Shown in pieces: positions 56,203 to 64,000 of a stretch of 64,000 nt of DNA. Under the pieces are notes generated by a model. The model was given only the letters and a program-made list of their open reading frames with translations. It ran no database searches and had not been told where the DNA came from. This DNA comes from a virus (taxonomy: Duplodnaviria > Caudoviricetes). The stretch is taken from IMG/VR virus record IMGVR_UViG_3300014059_000008, positions 27,416-91,415 of that record; one strand, 5' to 3'. How positions within the stretch are numbered: the stretch's first letter is position 1; each line of letters starts with the position of its first letter. The translations under genes and the position numbers were made by a program.

Positions 56203-56723
56203 CGATCCAGGATCTTGTGCAGGGGGTTTGTCAGCTCGATTTTGAGCGCTGGGTCTAGGTCTGCGGTCCGCACTGACTCCCCGACCCCGCGCTTGACTAG
56301 CAAGTTTTCCGACCAGCGCAGCGCGTAAACGCCCACATCAAAGCGCACAAGCAAGAGCCCCAGCTGGCCCTCATCATGTGCGTCCTGCAGGTGTGCTACT
56401 TGCTCGTCTGTCAGCCCAGACCTACCCAGCGCGTTACCGTCCACCGACTTGGCCTCGATGGCGACGTACTCCCACTTGCAGAGGTTCCCGCCAAGAGCCA
56501 CCCAGTCCGCGCCGCTTCTTGCCGTGGGCGAAAACACGGTGCGCCCTTTGAGCTTTCCAGCTGCTGCATGGTCTGGGTTTAGCTTGTCGATGCGCCGGAA
56601 TAGCCCAGAACGCAACGCCTCAGGGAACACCCACTTGCCCAAGTACTTCTCAAACTCCGCGCCGCTACTCTTTGCTTTCTTTCCTGCCTCTCTCCTGATT
56701 GCCGATGTCATGTCTTGCTCCAT
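56190..56723 (-). CDS. RecU-like Holliday junction resolvase
   Basis: G..FE, ADW, AIEAKS, Q..HL (PD-(D/E)xK pattern). Confidence 0.75.
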   Translation of the reverse strand: MEQDMTSAIRREAGKKAKSSGAEFEKYLGKWVFPEALRSGLFRRIDKLNPDHAAAGKLKGRTVFSPTARSGADWVALGGNLCKWEYVAIEAKSVDGNALGRSGLTDEQVAHLQDAHDEGQLGLLLVRFDVGVYALRWSENLLVKRGVGESVRTADLDPALKIELTNPLHKILDRWPR

Positions 56724-57364
56724 ATGGTTCCGTAGTCCTTAAAAATCCTGCTAAACCGGTGCTGCCTCGGTCCAAAGTACACCAGCGCACTGGCAAACGT
56801 CGCGCTCTGTCCTTCGCAAAGGTGCTCTCCCACCATCTTGACGCGGGGCCTAACCGGTGGCTTAACACCGAGCGCTGCTGCTTTTTTGGTCTGTTCTTCG
56901 TGGCGACTTTTGAGTGCGTCCACCGTCTCAAGGAATTTCATCCGTCCGCGCCACGCCAGCCACAGGTTGACGCCCATCTTTACCTGCCACCATTCCGTGT
57001 CTACGCGGGCCGGGACCAGGGCGATAATTTCACAGCCGCGCCGCGCTTCCATGGCAATCTTTTCGGCGCAATCCGGGAGCGCATCCCCATAGGGCGGATT
57101 GGCATAGATGAGGCAGTCGGTCGGCCATGGAATCACCAGGGAGTTTTCCGGTAGCATGACTGAGCGCTTCGCGGGCACTAGCGAGAAGGGATTGGAAAAC
57201 GGGTCGAATCCTATCTCGTCGAAAGCGCAGACTAGCTCGATGACATCCCGGCTCGTACACCAGTGCTCCGACTGGCTTTCGAGCATGACCCGGTGCTGTG
57301 GGTGAATCGGGGCCGGGTATTCCAGCGGCACCTCTGGGAAAAGCACGCCTTGCGAATCAGTCAT
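56708..57364 (-). CDS. phage N6-adenine DNA methyltransferase
   Basis: W.T, DP.S, YANPPYG, LVPARVDTEWW, GR.KF, F.SALVY. Confidence 0.88.
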   Translation of the reverse strand: MTDSQGVLFPEVPLEYPAPIHPQHRVMLESQSEHWCTSRDVIELVCAFDEIGFDPFSNPFSLVPAKRSVMLPENSLVIPWPTDCLIYANPPYGDALPDCAEKIAMEARRGCEIIALVPARVDTEWWQVKMGVNLWLAWRGRMKFLETVDALKSRHEEQTKKAAALGVKPPVRPRVKMVGEHLCEGQSATFASALVYFGPRQHRFSRIFKDYGTIWSKT

Positions 57365-58166
57365 TGATCTTCGCCTGTAGCTCTGACCGCCGTGGGATGC
57401 GTGCCGACAACGCCTCTAGCTCTCGCATGCGGGCCTGGATCTCGTCCGCTGTCAGCTTGGCTGCGCTCTTGTCGTCGATAGGTTTCACCTTCTCGGCAAG
57501 CCCCGCGAGCATCGCCGTGATCTCCGCGCTCCGGTTCACCTTGGCCTTGTACTCGGGCTTGGTCCGTGGTGCCGGTAGCTGCTTTGGCGCGGTCCCAGAT
57601 GGTAGCGCGGCGCGTGCGACCTCTTCTGGGAAGTAGTGCGCGGCCACAGGGTCCGTGGGCTGCAGCGTTCCCTCTTTGACTGCAGCACGGATCACGGCCT
57701 CAGATCTGGCCTTGTCGTGGCCGATCGAGACGATCTGCTTTGGAAAGATGCCATTGATGCGGTTTTGCGCGCAGATCTCCTTGTAGGCAGCATCAAATGC
57801 TTGGCGCTGGGCAAACTTGTCTCCGTCAGTATTTCTAGCCACTCCCCATGCTCTAAGCGCCTCATCGGTAGTAATGAACGTGTCAGCCTCAGAAGATCCT
57901 GAAACCTGCGCATAGGCTATGGCTACCGGTGGCCGCCCATCTGGCAACCGAGCAATGATATGCGGCAATCCAACATTGCCAACCACTTCATTCTTGCATC
58001 GCTCAACTGCATATCTGACCGCCCTGTCTCCATATACAGACAAATCTGCTACTACGTATTTAGCCACTGCCCGTGACCATTTAGCTCCTCCGCATAACTC
58101 GGATAACACACCAAGTAGTTCTACCGTTTCAGCCGTAATTGGATCGTCTTGACCTGGGTTGCTCAT
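57357..58166 (-). CDS. putative replication accessory/helicase-loader-type protein
   Basis: Directly downstream of the initiator; I...DGRP...A.A...AF..AY pattern. Confidence 0.5.
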   Translation of the reverse strand: MSNPGQDDPITAETVELLGVLSELCGGAKWSRAVAKYVVADLSVYGDRAVRYAVERCKNEVVGNVGLPHIIARLPDGRPPVAIAYAQVSGSSEADTFITTDEALRAWGVARNTDGDKFAQRQAFDAAYKEICAQNRINGIFPKQIVSIGHDKARSEAVIRAAVKEGTLQPTDPVAAHYFPEEVARAALPSGTAPKQLPAPRTKPEYKAKVNRSAEITAMLAGLAEKVKPIDDKSAAKLTADEIQARMRELEALSARIPRRSELQAKIND

Positions 58167-59254
58167 TTATTCTCCATATCAATCGCGTTTTGCTTTCGTC
58201 GTTGTTCTTGTAATCGCATGTCTCGCGCTACTTCAAACATTGGATTGCTTGCGGTTCGTTCTTGATCTCGTGCTTCTGTGGCAGTGACCTGCCTGCCTGT
58301 CCGTGTCTCAGTCAGCAGCTTGTGCCAGTGCATTTCAAGCAATCCAGGCGAGTGCTGCGCCCGTACGTACATCGCATCGCTGTGGTGGACATAGCGCCGC
58401 GCAACCTCGCATGCTTCACCGATGGCCTGATCTTCCGACATATCAGGCGATCGGCCTTCGATGGCCATGACTGCAATGCGGGCGAAGTGGGTGTTGGTCC
58501 GGGAGTCTCGTAGGACTGGCACCGGTTCACCGCTCGCACTGCGATAAACGCTTCCAAACGCTTCCAGGTAGGCTTGAAATATCTTCGCTCCGTTAGTTAC
58601 CTGCCTAGCCTGTTTCGCGCCTTGCGAGCGCACTGGCTTCGATTTAGCCGTATCTGCCAGCTGCAGTGCAAACCCCTGCTGCAGATCTGGCCCAGGCAAG
58701 TCAGAGCGCGGAGCGGTCTGAGCTTGGCCGGGAAATGTATTTTCTTTATGTATTCTTCGGGACGGGTCGGGACGGGTCGGGACGGGGGGCGATAACACCG
58801 TGCGAACTTCTTGCGTAACTACGCTGTCAGTCACGCCGTTAGTTACGGTGTCAGTTACTCCGTTCGTTACGCCGTAACGCGAACCGTCTTCTTTTCCGCT
58901 CAGCCTCGATAACTTGCGATCTCTGTACCTTTGTTGCCGCTCAGATGCGGCCTTGTTGGCAGCTTTTCGTTCTTCGCTACTTGGTTGGTAGCGCAAATAA
59001 TTTGTGATCTGAAATTGATCACCTAACTCCGTCCAAAGTCCGACTTTGCACAGAGTTTGGACGCACTTAGGTCCGACTTTGGGCTTCTCTAGGTAGCCAA
59101 AGAACACTTTAAGCATGCTTCTCGGGAACTCCCCGTCGTTGGCTTGCTTATTGCATTCCGCGATGGATACGACCCACAGCCTGAACTCTGCGTCCGTTAG
59201 GCCGATGATCTTGACGTGGCCTGGGGCGGCATCATCTAGCTTGACCCAGCTCAT
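58163..59254 (-). CDS. phage replication initiator protein
   Basis: MSWVKLDD...H.KI..L...FRLW, GLW...I.NY..YQPS, R.R, VTNGVT repeats, PVPTRPDP. Confidence 0.75.
   Translation of the reverse strand: MSWVKLDDAAPGHVKIIGLTDAEFRLWVVSIAECNKQANDGEFPRSMLKVFFGYLEKPKVGPKCVQTLCKVGLWTELGDQFQITNYLRYQPSSEERKAANKAASERQQRYRDRKLSRLSGKEDGSRYGVTNGVTDTVTNGVTDSVVTQEVRTVLSPPVPTRPDPSRRIHKENTFPGQAQTAPRSDLPGPDLQQGFALQLADTAKSKPVRSQGAKQARQVTNGAKIFQAYLEAFGSVYRSASGEPVPVLRDSRTNTHFARIAVMAIEGRSPDMSEDQAIGEACEVARRYVHHSDAMYVRAQHSPGLLEMHWHKLLTETRTGRQVTATEARDQERTASNPMFEVARDMRLQEQRRKQNAIDMENK
58757..58880. repeat. short tandem repeats inside the initiator gene (candidate origin/iterons)
   Basis: 3x TCGGGACGGG, then ~12-bp period GTTAC/GTCAC repeats, next to an AT-rich patch. 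Confidence 0.5.
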
Positions 59255-59517
59255 GCAGGACTCCGAACCGGCTCAGGTGGCGGCACGTCTGATGCGCCAG
59301 TAACATACGCAAAGCCCTGGTCGCCAAGCTCCATGCGCATCACGCGCAGCAGCACGCTAGACGGGGCACGCTGGCCAGAGCAGATCCGACTGATTGCGGA
59401 GTGGGTCACGCTGCAGCGCTCGGCAAACGCGCGCATGGTGAGACGTTGAAGTGCAAGAACGGCGTGAAGCCGGTTGCCTTGTAACTGCGGGGTAGGTGGT
59501 CTTTTTTGTGGTGTCAT
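59251..59517 (-). CDS. Cro/XRE-like HTH regulator
   Basis: TMRAFAERCSVTHSAISRICSGQRAPS. Confidence 0.8.
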   Translation of the reverse strand: MTPQKRPPTPQLQGNRLHAVLALQRLTMRAFAERCSVTHSAISRICSGQRAPSSVLLRVMRMELGDQGFAYVTGASDVPPPEPVRSPA

Positions 59518-59600
59518 CCATGGCATTGTGTGCCGCTGTCACCACGCTATTGCAAGGGGATTTTTGCAGAAGCTGCGCGCTTCCGAGGGTGGCCTGGGAA

Positions 59601-60167
59601 CTACGGGACCGACACTAAGGCGTTAAGCTGGGGCGATGCTTTGACGTGCAGGACGCCCTGAGTGTAAATTCCTGAATCGTTCTTTGCCATTAATGAACCG
59701 GTAAATGGATTCACGAATATAAACAATGGCCTAAACTGGTTGTCGTATACACTTCTCGGCTGTGCGTAGTTGTTGATATCGCTAAATCCAGGTCCTTTTA
59801 GCGTTGTTCCGTCCCACCCGCGCGACGTGTAAAACAAATCACCTCGAAACTCGCCGATGTCTTGCTCAATTGGAAGCGCAACACCATGTGGAGCAATGAT
59901 GTTTGATTTGTTATTTGCACCTGTCACGTTTGGCACCATGTAATCTGGTGGAGTAACAAGATTAAACTTGCCGCTCAATATCAAGTGTCGGTCAAGGTAA
60001 TCCATGGACGAGTCAAGCGTTGCAGTCGCGCCTATTGGAATCACCAGCTCAATCCATTTTTCATTGCCGCCAGTGGGCCACGAGGTAGGCGTGGTGCGAT
60101 TGCTAAAGCTGCCGGTGCCGAAGTCCGCTTCGACGCCATGCGATGCCCGTGCGTCTCTGTTCCTCAT
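59601..60167 (-). CDS. putative tail/baseplate-associated structural protein
   Basis: Beta-rich; similar to 60167-60643. Confidence 0.55.
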   Translation of the reverse strand: MRNRDARASHGVEADFGTGSFSNRTTPTSWPTGGNEKWIELVIPIGATATLDSSMDYLDRHLILSGKFNLVTPPDYMVPNVTGANNKSNIIAPHGVALPIEQDIGEFRGDLFYTSRGWDGTTLKGPGFSDINNYAQPRSVYDNQFRPLFIFVNPFTGSLMAKNDSGIYTQGVLHVKASPQLNALVSVP

Positions 60168-60643
60168 TAGCTGCGCTCCTTCAGCTGCGTCGAGCCGATA
60201 ATCTCAAGATACCCGTAGCCCGCTTCCTTCTCGGCATACATAATCCCGCTGCCATTGATGAAGATGCCAAGTGAGGGACTAAGCGCCCATCGTCCACCGA
60301 GGCGGCTGTAAATCACGCGCGTCCCTCGGTCGCGGGCAAACTGGAAGTCGCCAGATTCACCGGGCCGGATGTCGCGGAGTGGGTCAAAGAAGTAGTTGAT
60401 CGTGATCTGACGGTCGCGCCAGTCCTTGCCCAGATCAATCTCAATCGGGGTTAGGCCGGTGGCGGGCTGGGCTAGCGCCACTTGGACGGGGCCACGGTCC
60501 CAGCTTACCAGGACGTTGCTTAGCCCAGTCGCAAGAGTGTTGCCTGTGCCGCTGCCGCGCTGGTCAAATAGTGATCTTTGGATTGCGTTTAGGACAAAAG
60601 CGGGAACCCGCTGCAGCGGGCCGAAGTTTACAAGTAGCGCCAT
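60167..60643 (-). CDS. putative tail/baseplate-associated structural protein
   Basis: Start moved to MALLVNF; N-terminal VPA..LNAIQ motif. Confidence 0.55.
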   Translation of the reverse strand: MALLVNFGPLQRVPAFVLNAIQRSLFDQRGSGTGNTLATGLSNVLVSWDRGPVQVALAQPATGLTPIEIDLGKDWRDRQITINYFFDPLRDIRPGESGDFQFARDRGTRVIYSRLGGRWALSPSLGIFINGSGIMYAEKEAGYGYLEIIGSTQLKERS

Positions 60644-60690
60644 GGCCCCAGAATCGCAGGACTGCGGCCATGGTGCAAGTAGGCAGGGGG

Positions 60691-61428
60691 CTAGTGCAAC
60701 TCGGACATCTCGGCAAACTCTGAGACTTCGTATCCAGCCATTCGCATGACTAGGTATTCCTTGTCGTAGTCGGCCTGAATCGTTACGGGGCCGCATGCAC
60801 CAAGAGGCGGTCCGGGGTCGTTTTCATAGAACTGGTAGTATTTGGCAGATGGAACAAGAGGGATTGTCTCGTCTGCGGTCACTACCATCGCAAACATGAC
60901 CGGCCTAACCGATTGCGAGTCGCAGTTATTCTGCCCTCTTGGCTTCATGCGCACCGACCACGTTCCAATCAGCGTTTTAGATGAGCATGTGCCATATGGA
61001 AGACGAATTTTACGCACCATCAAAAACGGCTGTATGCAGTTTGCGTCGTAATAGTAGACACTGCCGAATAGCTCTTTCGGAAACAAATTCTTGGGAACGC
61101 AGCGCACTCTCCCGTCGATGGTCTGCATTGGCTCACACGCCGTATTGATCTTAGAATCCCACAGCCCCATCGGCGCATTGATAGCCACGCTTTCAGACAC
61201 TGGGATGCGCGGCCTGATACGCGCCCCAGGTGGAATCGGAGCAAGCGCCAAGTCTGGCGCAGCGGTTGCCATGTCTACTGCGTGAGCGCCACCGTCAACG
61301 CCACCGTCGTCCGTCAGAGCCTGACTTAGAGCGCCCGTTCCGCCGCCACCGATGCACCCGGTAAATGGGAGCGCGCTGGATACCACAACAGATCCTAGAA
61401 ACAACCACATCTGATAAAACCGTCGCAT
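60691..61428 (-). CDS. secreted/lipoprotein of myxobacterial type
   Basis: Signal ending FTGC; DGGVDGG, DMA and PDLA linker; WDS...C.....DG..RC.P...Y.DANC module. Confidence 0.7.
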   Translation of the reverse strand: MRRFYQMWLFLGSVVVSSALPFTGCIGGGGTGALSQALTDDGGVDGGAHAVDMATAAPDLALAPIPPGARIRPRIPVSESVAINAPMGLWDSKINTACEPMQTIDGRVRCVPKNLFPKELFGSVYYYDANCIQPFLMVRKIRLPYGTCSSKTLIGTWSVRMKPRGQNNCDSQSVRPVMFAMVVTADETIPLVPSAKYYQFYENDPGPPLGACGPVTIQADYDKEYLVMRMAGYEVSEFAEMSELH

Positions 61429-61437
61429 ACTTCTCTC

Positions 61438-62076
61438 TCAATCCTCTAATACGTCTCTGTCGGTTAGACTCGCATCGTCATCGGTTAGAAACCCGGTTCC
61501 GAGCGTTCGGGCACAATGCCCCTGCACCGTGATAGGCTTCCACGCTGCAATGATTCTGTCGAGCACATCTATTTGCCCGATTGTTTTGATAAAGGCAACA
61601 GGCACACCGTAGGCGATCACAAACATCCCCGAGCGCGAGTAGCCTAGCAGATCGAGGCCGGCTGCCGTGTTTTGCGCTGGGGTCACGTTGCCGACACCGA
61701 CCACCTTCTCTAACTCGTTTGCGATTTTCCACAGCCGCGCGTCAGGTCGCTTTTGGGTGTGGGATAGCAGTCGGCCTTGGCGCTGCTGCGTGGTTAGTGA
61801 CTTGTCTGGCTGCAGTCGATACCAGCGCTCATGCGTAGATAGCAGGTCTTCTGGGGTCGAGGTCTGCGGCATGATGTTTTTGATCACGGCGCTGATGGCC
61901 ATCGAGATTCCGGCAAACACCGTCCCGACAAAGCGGTTCTGCCGCTTAAACACGGAGTCGGTGTTTTCGGTGAAAGCGCCTCGACCATAGGCCCGGTCCA
62001 CTTGGCCGGTCATCTCGTCGATGCGCTTCTGTTCTTCTGGCGTGGGGCTAGTTAGGGAGACTGGGAATCCGCTCAT
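61438..62076 (-). CDS. putative baseplate/tail protein (DUF2313/YmfQ-like)
   Basis: PQTS...LL..HER.Y.L.......R..RL and I...KP motifs. Confidence 0.55.
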   Translation of the reverse strand: MSGFPVSLTSPTPEEQKRIDEMTGQVDRAYGRGAFTENTDSVFKRQNRFVGTVFAGISMAISAVIKNIMPQTSTPEDLLSTHERWYRLQPDKSLTTQQRQGRLLSHTQKRPDARLWKIANELEKVVGVGNVTPAQNTAAGLDLLGYSRSGMFVIAYGVPVAFIKTIGQIDVLDRIIAAWKPITVQGHCARTLGTGFLTDDDASLTDRDVLED

Positions 62077-62126
62077 GCTGGGAATCTAGCACGGGGCGGG
62101 CTACCAGCGCTTGTACGTCTGCTTGG

Positions 62127-62708
62127 CTAGTTGTTATCTTTAACAAATTCGTCAGTACTAGGCAGACTATCAAGCCTGTACGACTTTGTTAGTCGCACCG
62201 GAAAGTACCCGCTGGTTTCGCATTTCTTATCAGAGAATCTACCAGACGAGTGGTTTTGTTTTTGAAACCCTTTGTAGACTTCAAATACACCGAGATCTAG
62301 ATCTACCACATACGCATATTCACAAAACAATGAGTCATTTGCAAACTCAATACTTAGCCGAACGCCAGGTACGTCATTGTACATTACATGACCTAAAATA
62401 CCTGCGGCAAGCCTCCGATCTAGTTGCGGGTTTTTCCTGTCAAATTCGTTCCCTACTTCCATTGATACATAGTCGTTTGCTGGGTCCGCTCCCGCGTCAA
62501 TCCATAATTGTTTATACTCATCATTAGTGATTTCCTTTAGAGCGCCAACTTTCTTCTTGAAACGATCTAGATTGTTACTCGCAATAATTTTGCGCATCGT
62601 ATCAATAACAATAGTTCCCTGTCCTTCTGGGTACCCATCAAATTGACCATACTGAGCAATCTTAAATTTTCCATCTAGAACTACGCACGTTAGGCTTCTC
62701 GTTCCCAT
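62127..62708 (-). CDS. hypothetical phage protein, low GC
   Basis: MGTRSL...AQYGQFDGYPEGQG...LFCEYAYVVDLD; visibly AT-rich DNA. Confidence 0.75.
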   Translation of the reverse strand: MGTRSLTCVVLDGKFKIAQYGQFDGYPEGQGTIVIDTMRKIIASNNLDRFKKKVGALKEITNDEYKQLWIDAGADPANDYVSMEVGNEFDRKNPQLDRRLAAGILGHVMYNDVPGVRLSIEFANDSLFCEYAYVVDLDLGVFEVYKGFQKQNHSSGRFSDKKCETSGYFPVRLTKSYRLDSLPSTDEFVKDNN

Positions 62709-62736
62709 TGGTATTCTCCTGCCTGTTAGTTGTAAA

Positions 62737-63006
62737 CTACGAAAACTGTTTCAGCGCAGCCCGCAAGCCATCAAAGGTGTGGGTCTTGGCTAGGTCTGCA
62801 CGCCTATCTAGCATCATCCGTCCCGTGCTCGGCCACCATTCCACAACCAGACTCAGCCGCTTGAACGCCCAGTGCTGGCCATCGTTTAGGACGCGCACGG
62901 TGTAGCCGTACTCTGCTGCGAGCTTCTGCACCATGGACTGACGGCGCACCCAGTCGCTTACGGGCTGACGGATGGTGTGCCATGGGCGGGGTTTGATGGT
63001 GGTCAT
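62737..63006 (-). CDS. hypothetical protein
   Basis: NDG.HW....EWWPSTG motif. Confidence 0.65.
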   Translation of the reverse strand: MTTIKPRPWHTIRQPVSDWVRRQSMVQKLAAEYGYTVRVLNDGQHWAFKRLSLVVEWWPSTGRMMLDRRADLAKTHTFDGLRAALKQFS

Positions 63007-63012
63007 TGAGCG

Positions 63013-63381
63013 TCATCCCTCAAGATCTATCGGCCACACCTTATGCTCGGATGCATCTGTAAGCATGTGCCCAACATGGTCAGTGCATGACTCTGTATAA
63101 TCGTCATACGATGCACCGCTAGCTGCTAGACGCCACTCAGCAGGCTTTCCGCACGATTCTCCATGAAACTGTTTAGCCACTGATTCAGCCGTCTCAAACA
63201 ACGCATCAGCCGTCTTGCATCGTCCTGGTTCATATCGTGTGCCGCATCCCAGGTGACACGAATTTAGGTGAGTCACAGCGGCCTCATTTGCAGCGCGCAG
63301 TTGATCGGATTCTTTAATGAAGCAGCATGTGGCTTTAGATGGTGTGGTCATGTTCATTGCTCCGTGCAAAGTGAAGCGCAT
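63013..63381 (-). CDS. Cys/His-rich hypothetical protein
   Basis: ORF with CGKPAEW...C..H. Confidence 0.6.
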   Translation of the reverse strand: MRFTLHGAMNMTTPSKATCCFIKESDQLRAANEAAVTHLNSCHLGCGTRYEPGRCKTADALFETAESVAKQFHGESCGKPAEWRLAASGASYDDYTESCTDHVGHMLTDASEHKVWPIDLEG

Positions 63382-63407
63382 CCCGGTGATGGGATGCGCG
63401 GGTGTTG

Positions 63408-63998
63408 CTACTTAGAAGATGAGAACTGCTTTGCGCAACGTCTGATGTCGGCAAGTGCAAGTTCGTCGGTGGCGTAGAATGATGGAATACGCCCCGTGCT
63501 TACTCCGTACAAAATAGCACCGGCGCGCGCGGGACCGTGCTTCCTTTCAAGGGCCTGACCGCTCTCTCCTGCGATCGTAATCGCCCACCCAGCGCGGCAG
63601 TGCGTGGTAGCGCAGGTGTGCCATTTCTTCATTTGTAGCGACCCGGCTCCACTGTCGATTACTTCTGCGATCTTCTTGTCCAGATTGGCAATTATTGGCG
63701 CATCAGGGTAGGCGTCCCGGTACTTTGCGCGACGCTTCGCATATCGCGCACGTTGACGATCTGTAAATGGACCATCAATGGCCGATTTCGTATGGTTCGC
63801 GCCGATGAGGTCCGCGCCGCTGAGGTCCGCGTCGCTGAGGTTCGCGCCGCTGAGGTTCGCGCAGCTGAGGTCCGCGTCGCTGAGGTCCGCGCCGCGGAGT
63901 TTCGCGCAGCTGAGGTCCGCGCAGCTGAGGTCCGCGTCGCTGAGGTCCGCGCCGATGAGGTTCGCGTCGCTGAGGTTCGCGCCGCGGAGTTTCGCGCA
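63408..63998 (-). CDS. pentapeptide-repeat protein (5' end outside the window)
   Basis: Manual translation: A(D/N/K)L(S/R/I)(G/D/C) repeats run in frame into the MKKWHTCATTHCRAGWA domain. Confidence 0.9.
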   Translation of the reverse strand, partial: CAKLRGANLSDANLIGADLSDADLSCADLSCAKLRGADLSDADLSCANLSGANLSDADLSGADLIGANHTKSAIDGPFTDRQRARYAKRRAKYRDAYPDAPIIANLDKKIAEVIDSGAGSLQMKKWHTCATTHCRAGWAITIAGESGQALERKHGPARAGAILYGVSTGRIPSFYATDELALADIRRCAKQFSSSK

Positions 63999-64000
63999 GC
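63795..64000. repeat. 15-bp tandem repeats encoding pentapeptides
   Basis: GCTGAGGT(C/T)CGCG(C/T)C-type units. Confidence 0.9.

Noticed and set aside
63795-64000. CRISPR or iteron array
   Set aside because: Contiguous 15-bp coding repeats with no spacers
1-64000. Most plus-strand ORFs in the track
   Set aside because: Antisense shadows of well-supported minus-strand genes; only 6412-9053 and 49652-49900 have independent support
1-64000. Integrase, transposase, reverse transcriptase/DGR or intein
   Set aside because: No diagnostic motifs seen; lifestyle cannot be determined from this window

Overview
This is a 64-kb fragment of a large, densely coded tailed dsDNA phage, almost entirely on the minus strand and using the standard genetic code. 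The host is probably a myxobacterium (Myxococcota), inferred from myxobacteria-style secreted and lipoproteins. Recognisable genes: Mu gp28-type terminase large subunit, SF2 helicase, replication initiator and loader, YqaJ exonuclease with partner, 5'-3' exonuclease, RecU-like resolvase, two adenine MTases, ThyX, a divergent FolE, an NDT-like protein, an Ntn/proteasome-like hydrolase, a dual-specificity phosphatase, an orphan ABC/AAA ATPase, DUF5131, a ParB-like protein, a CHAP endolysin and a pentapeptide-repeat protein cut by the window end. Virion genes lie in small scattered islands. The most striking element is a ~650-nt non-coding unit (14433-15110, minus strand) behind a TTGACA promoter. 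It holds three tRNA-shaped modules with near-intact acceptor, D and T arms, but the anticodon arm is deleted in one, replaced by a long GAAA-capped insert in another and non-canonical in the third. Runs of small hairpins, several with GGA-containing loops, lie between them. Other patterns: a G-x3-(G/D)-E-(S/T)-x3-F-x2-R repeat module shared by five coiled-coil proteins, a recurring promoter often followed 6-8 nt later by ATG (leaderless mRNAs), a recurring GGCAGGAG ribosome-binding motif, and skewed palindrome usage. All functional calls come from reading motifs by eye; no searches were run.
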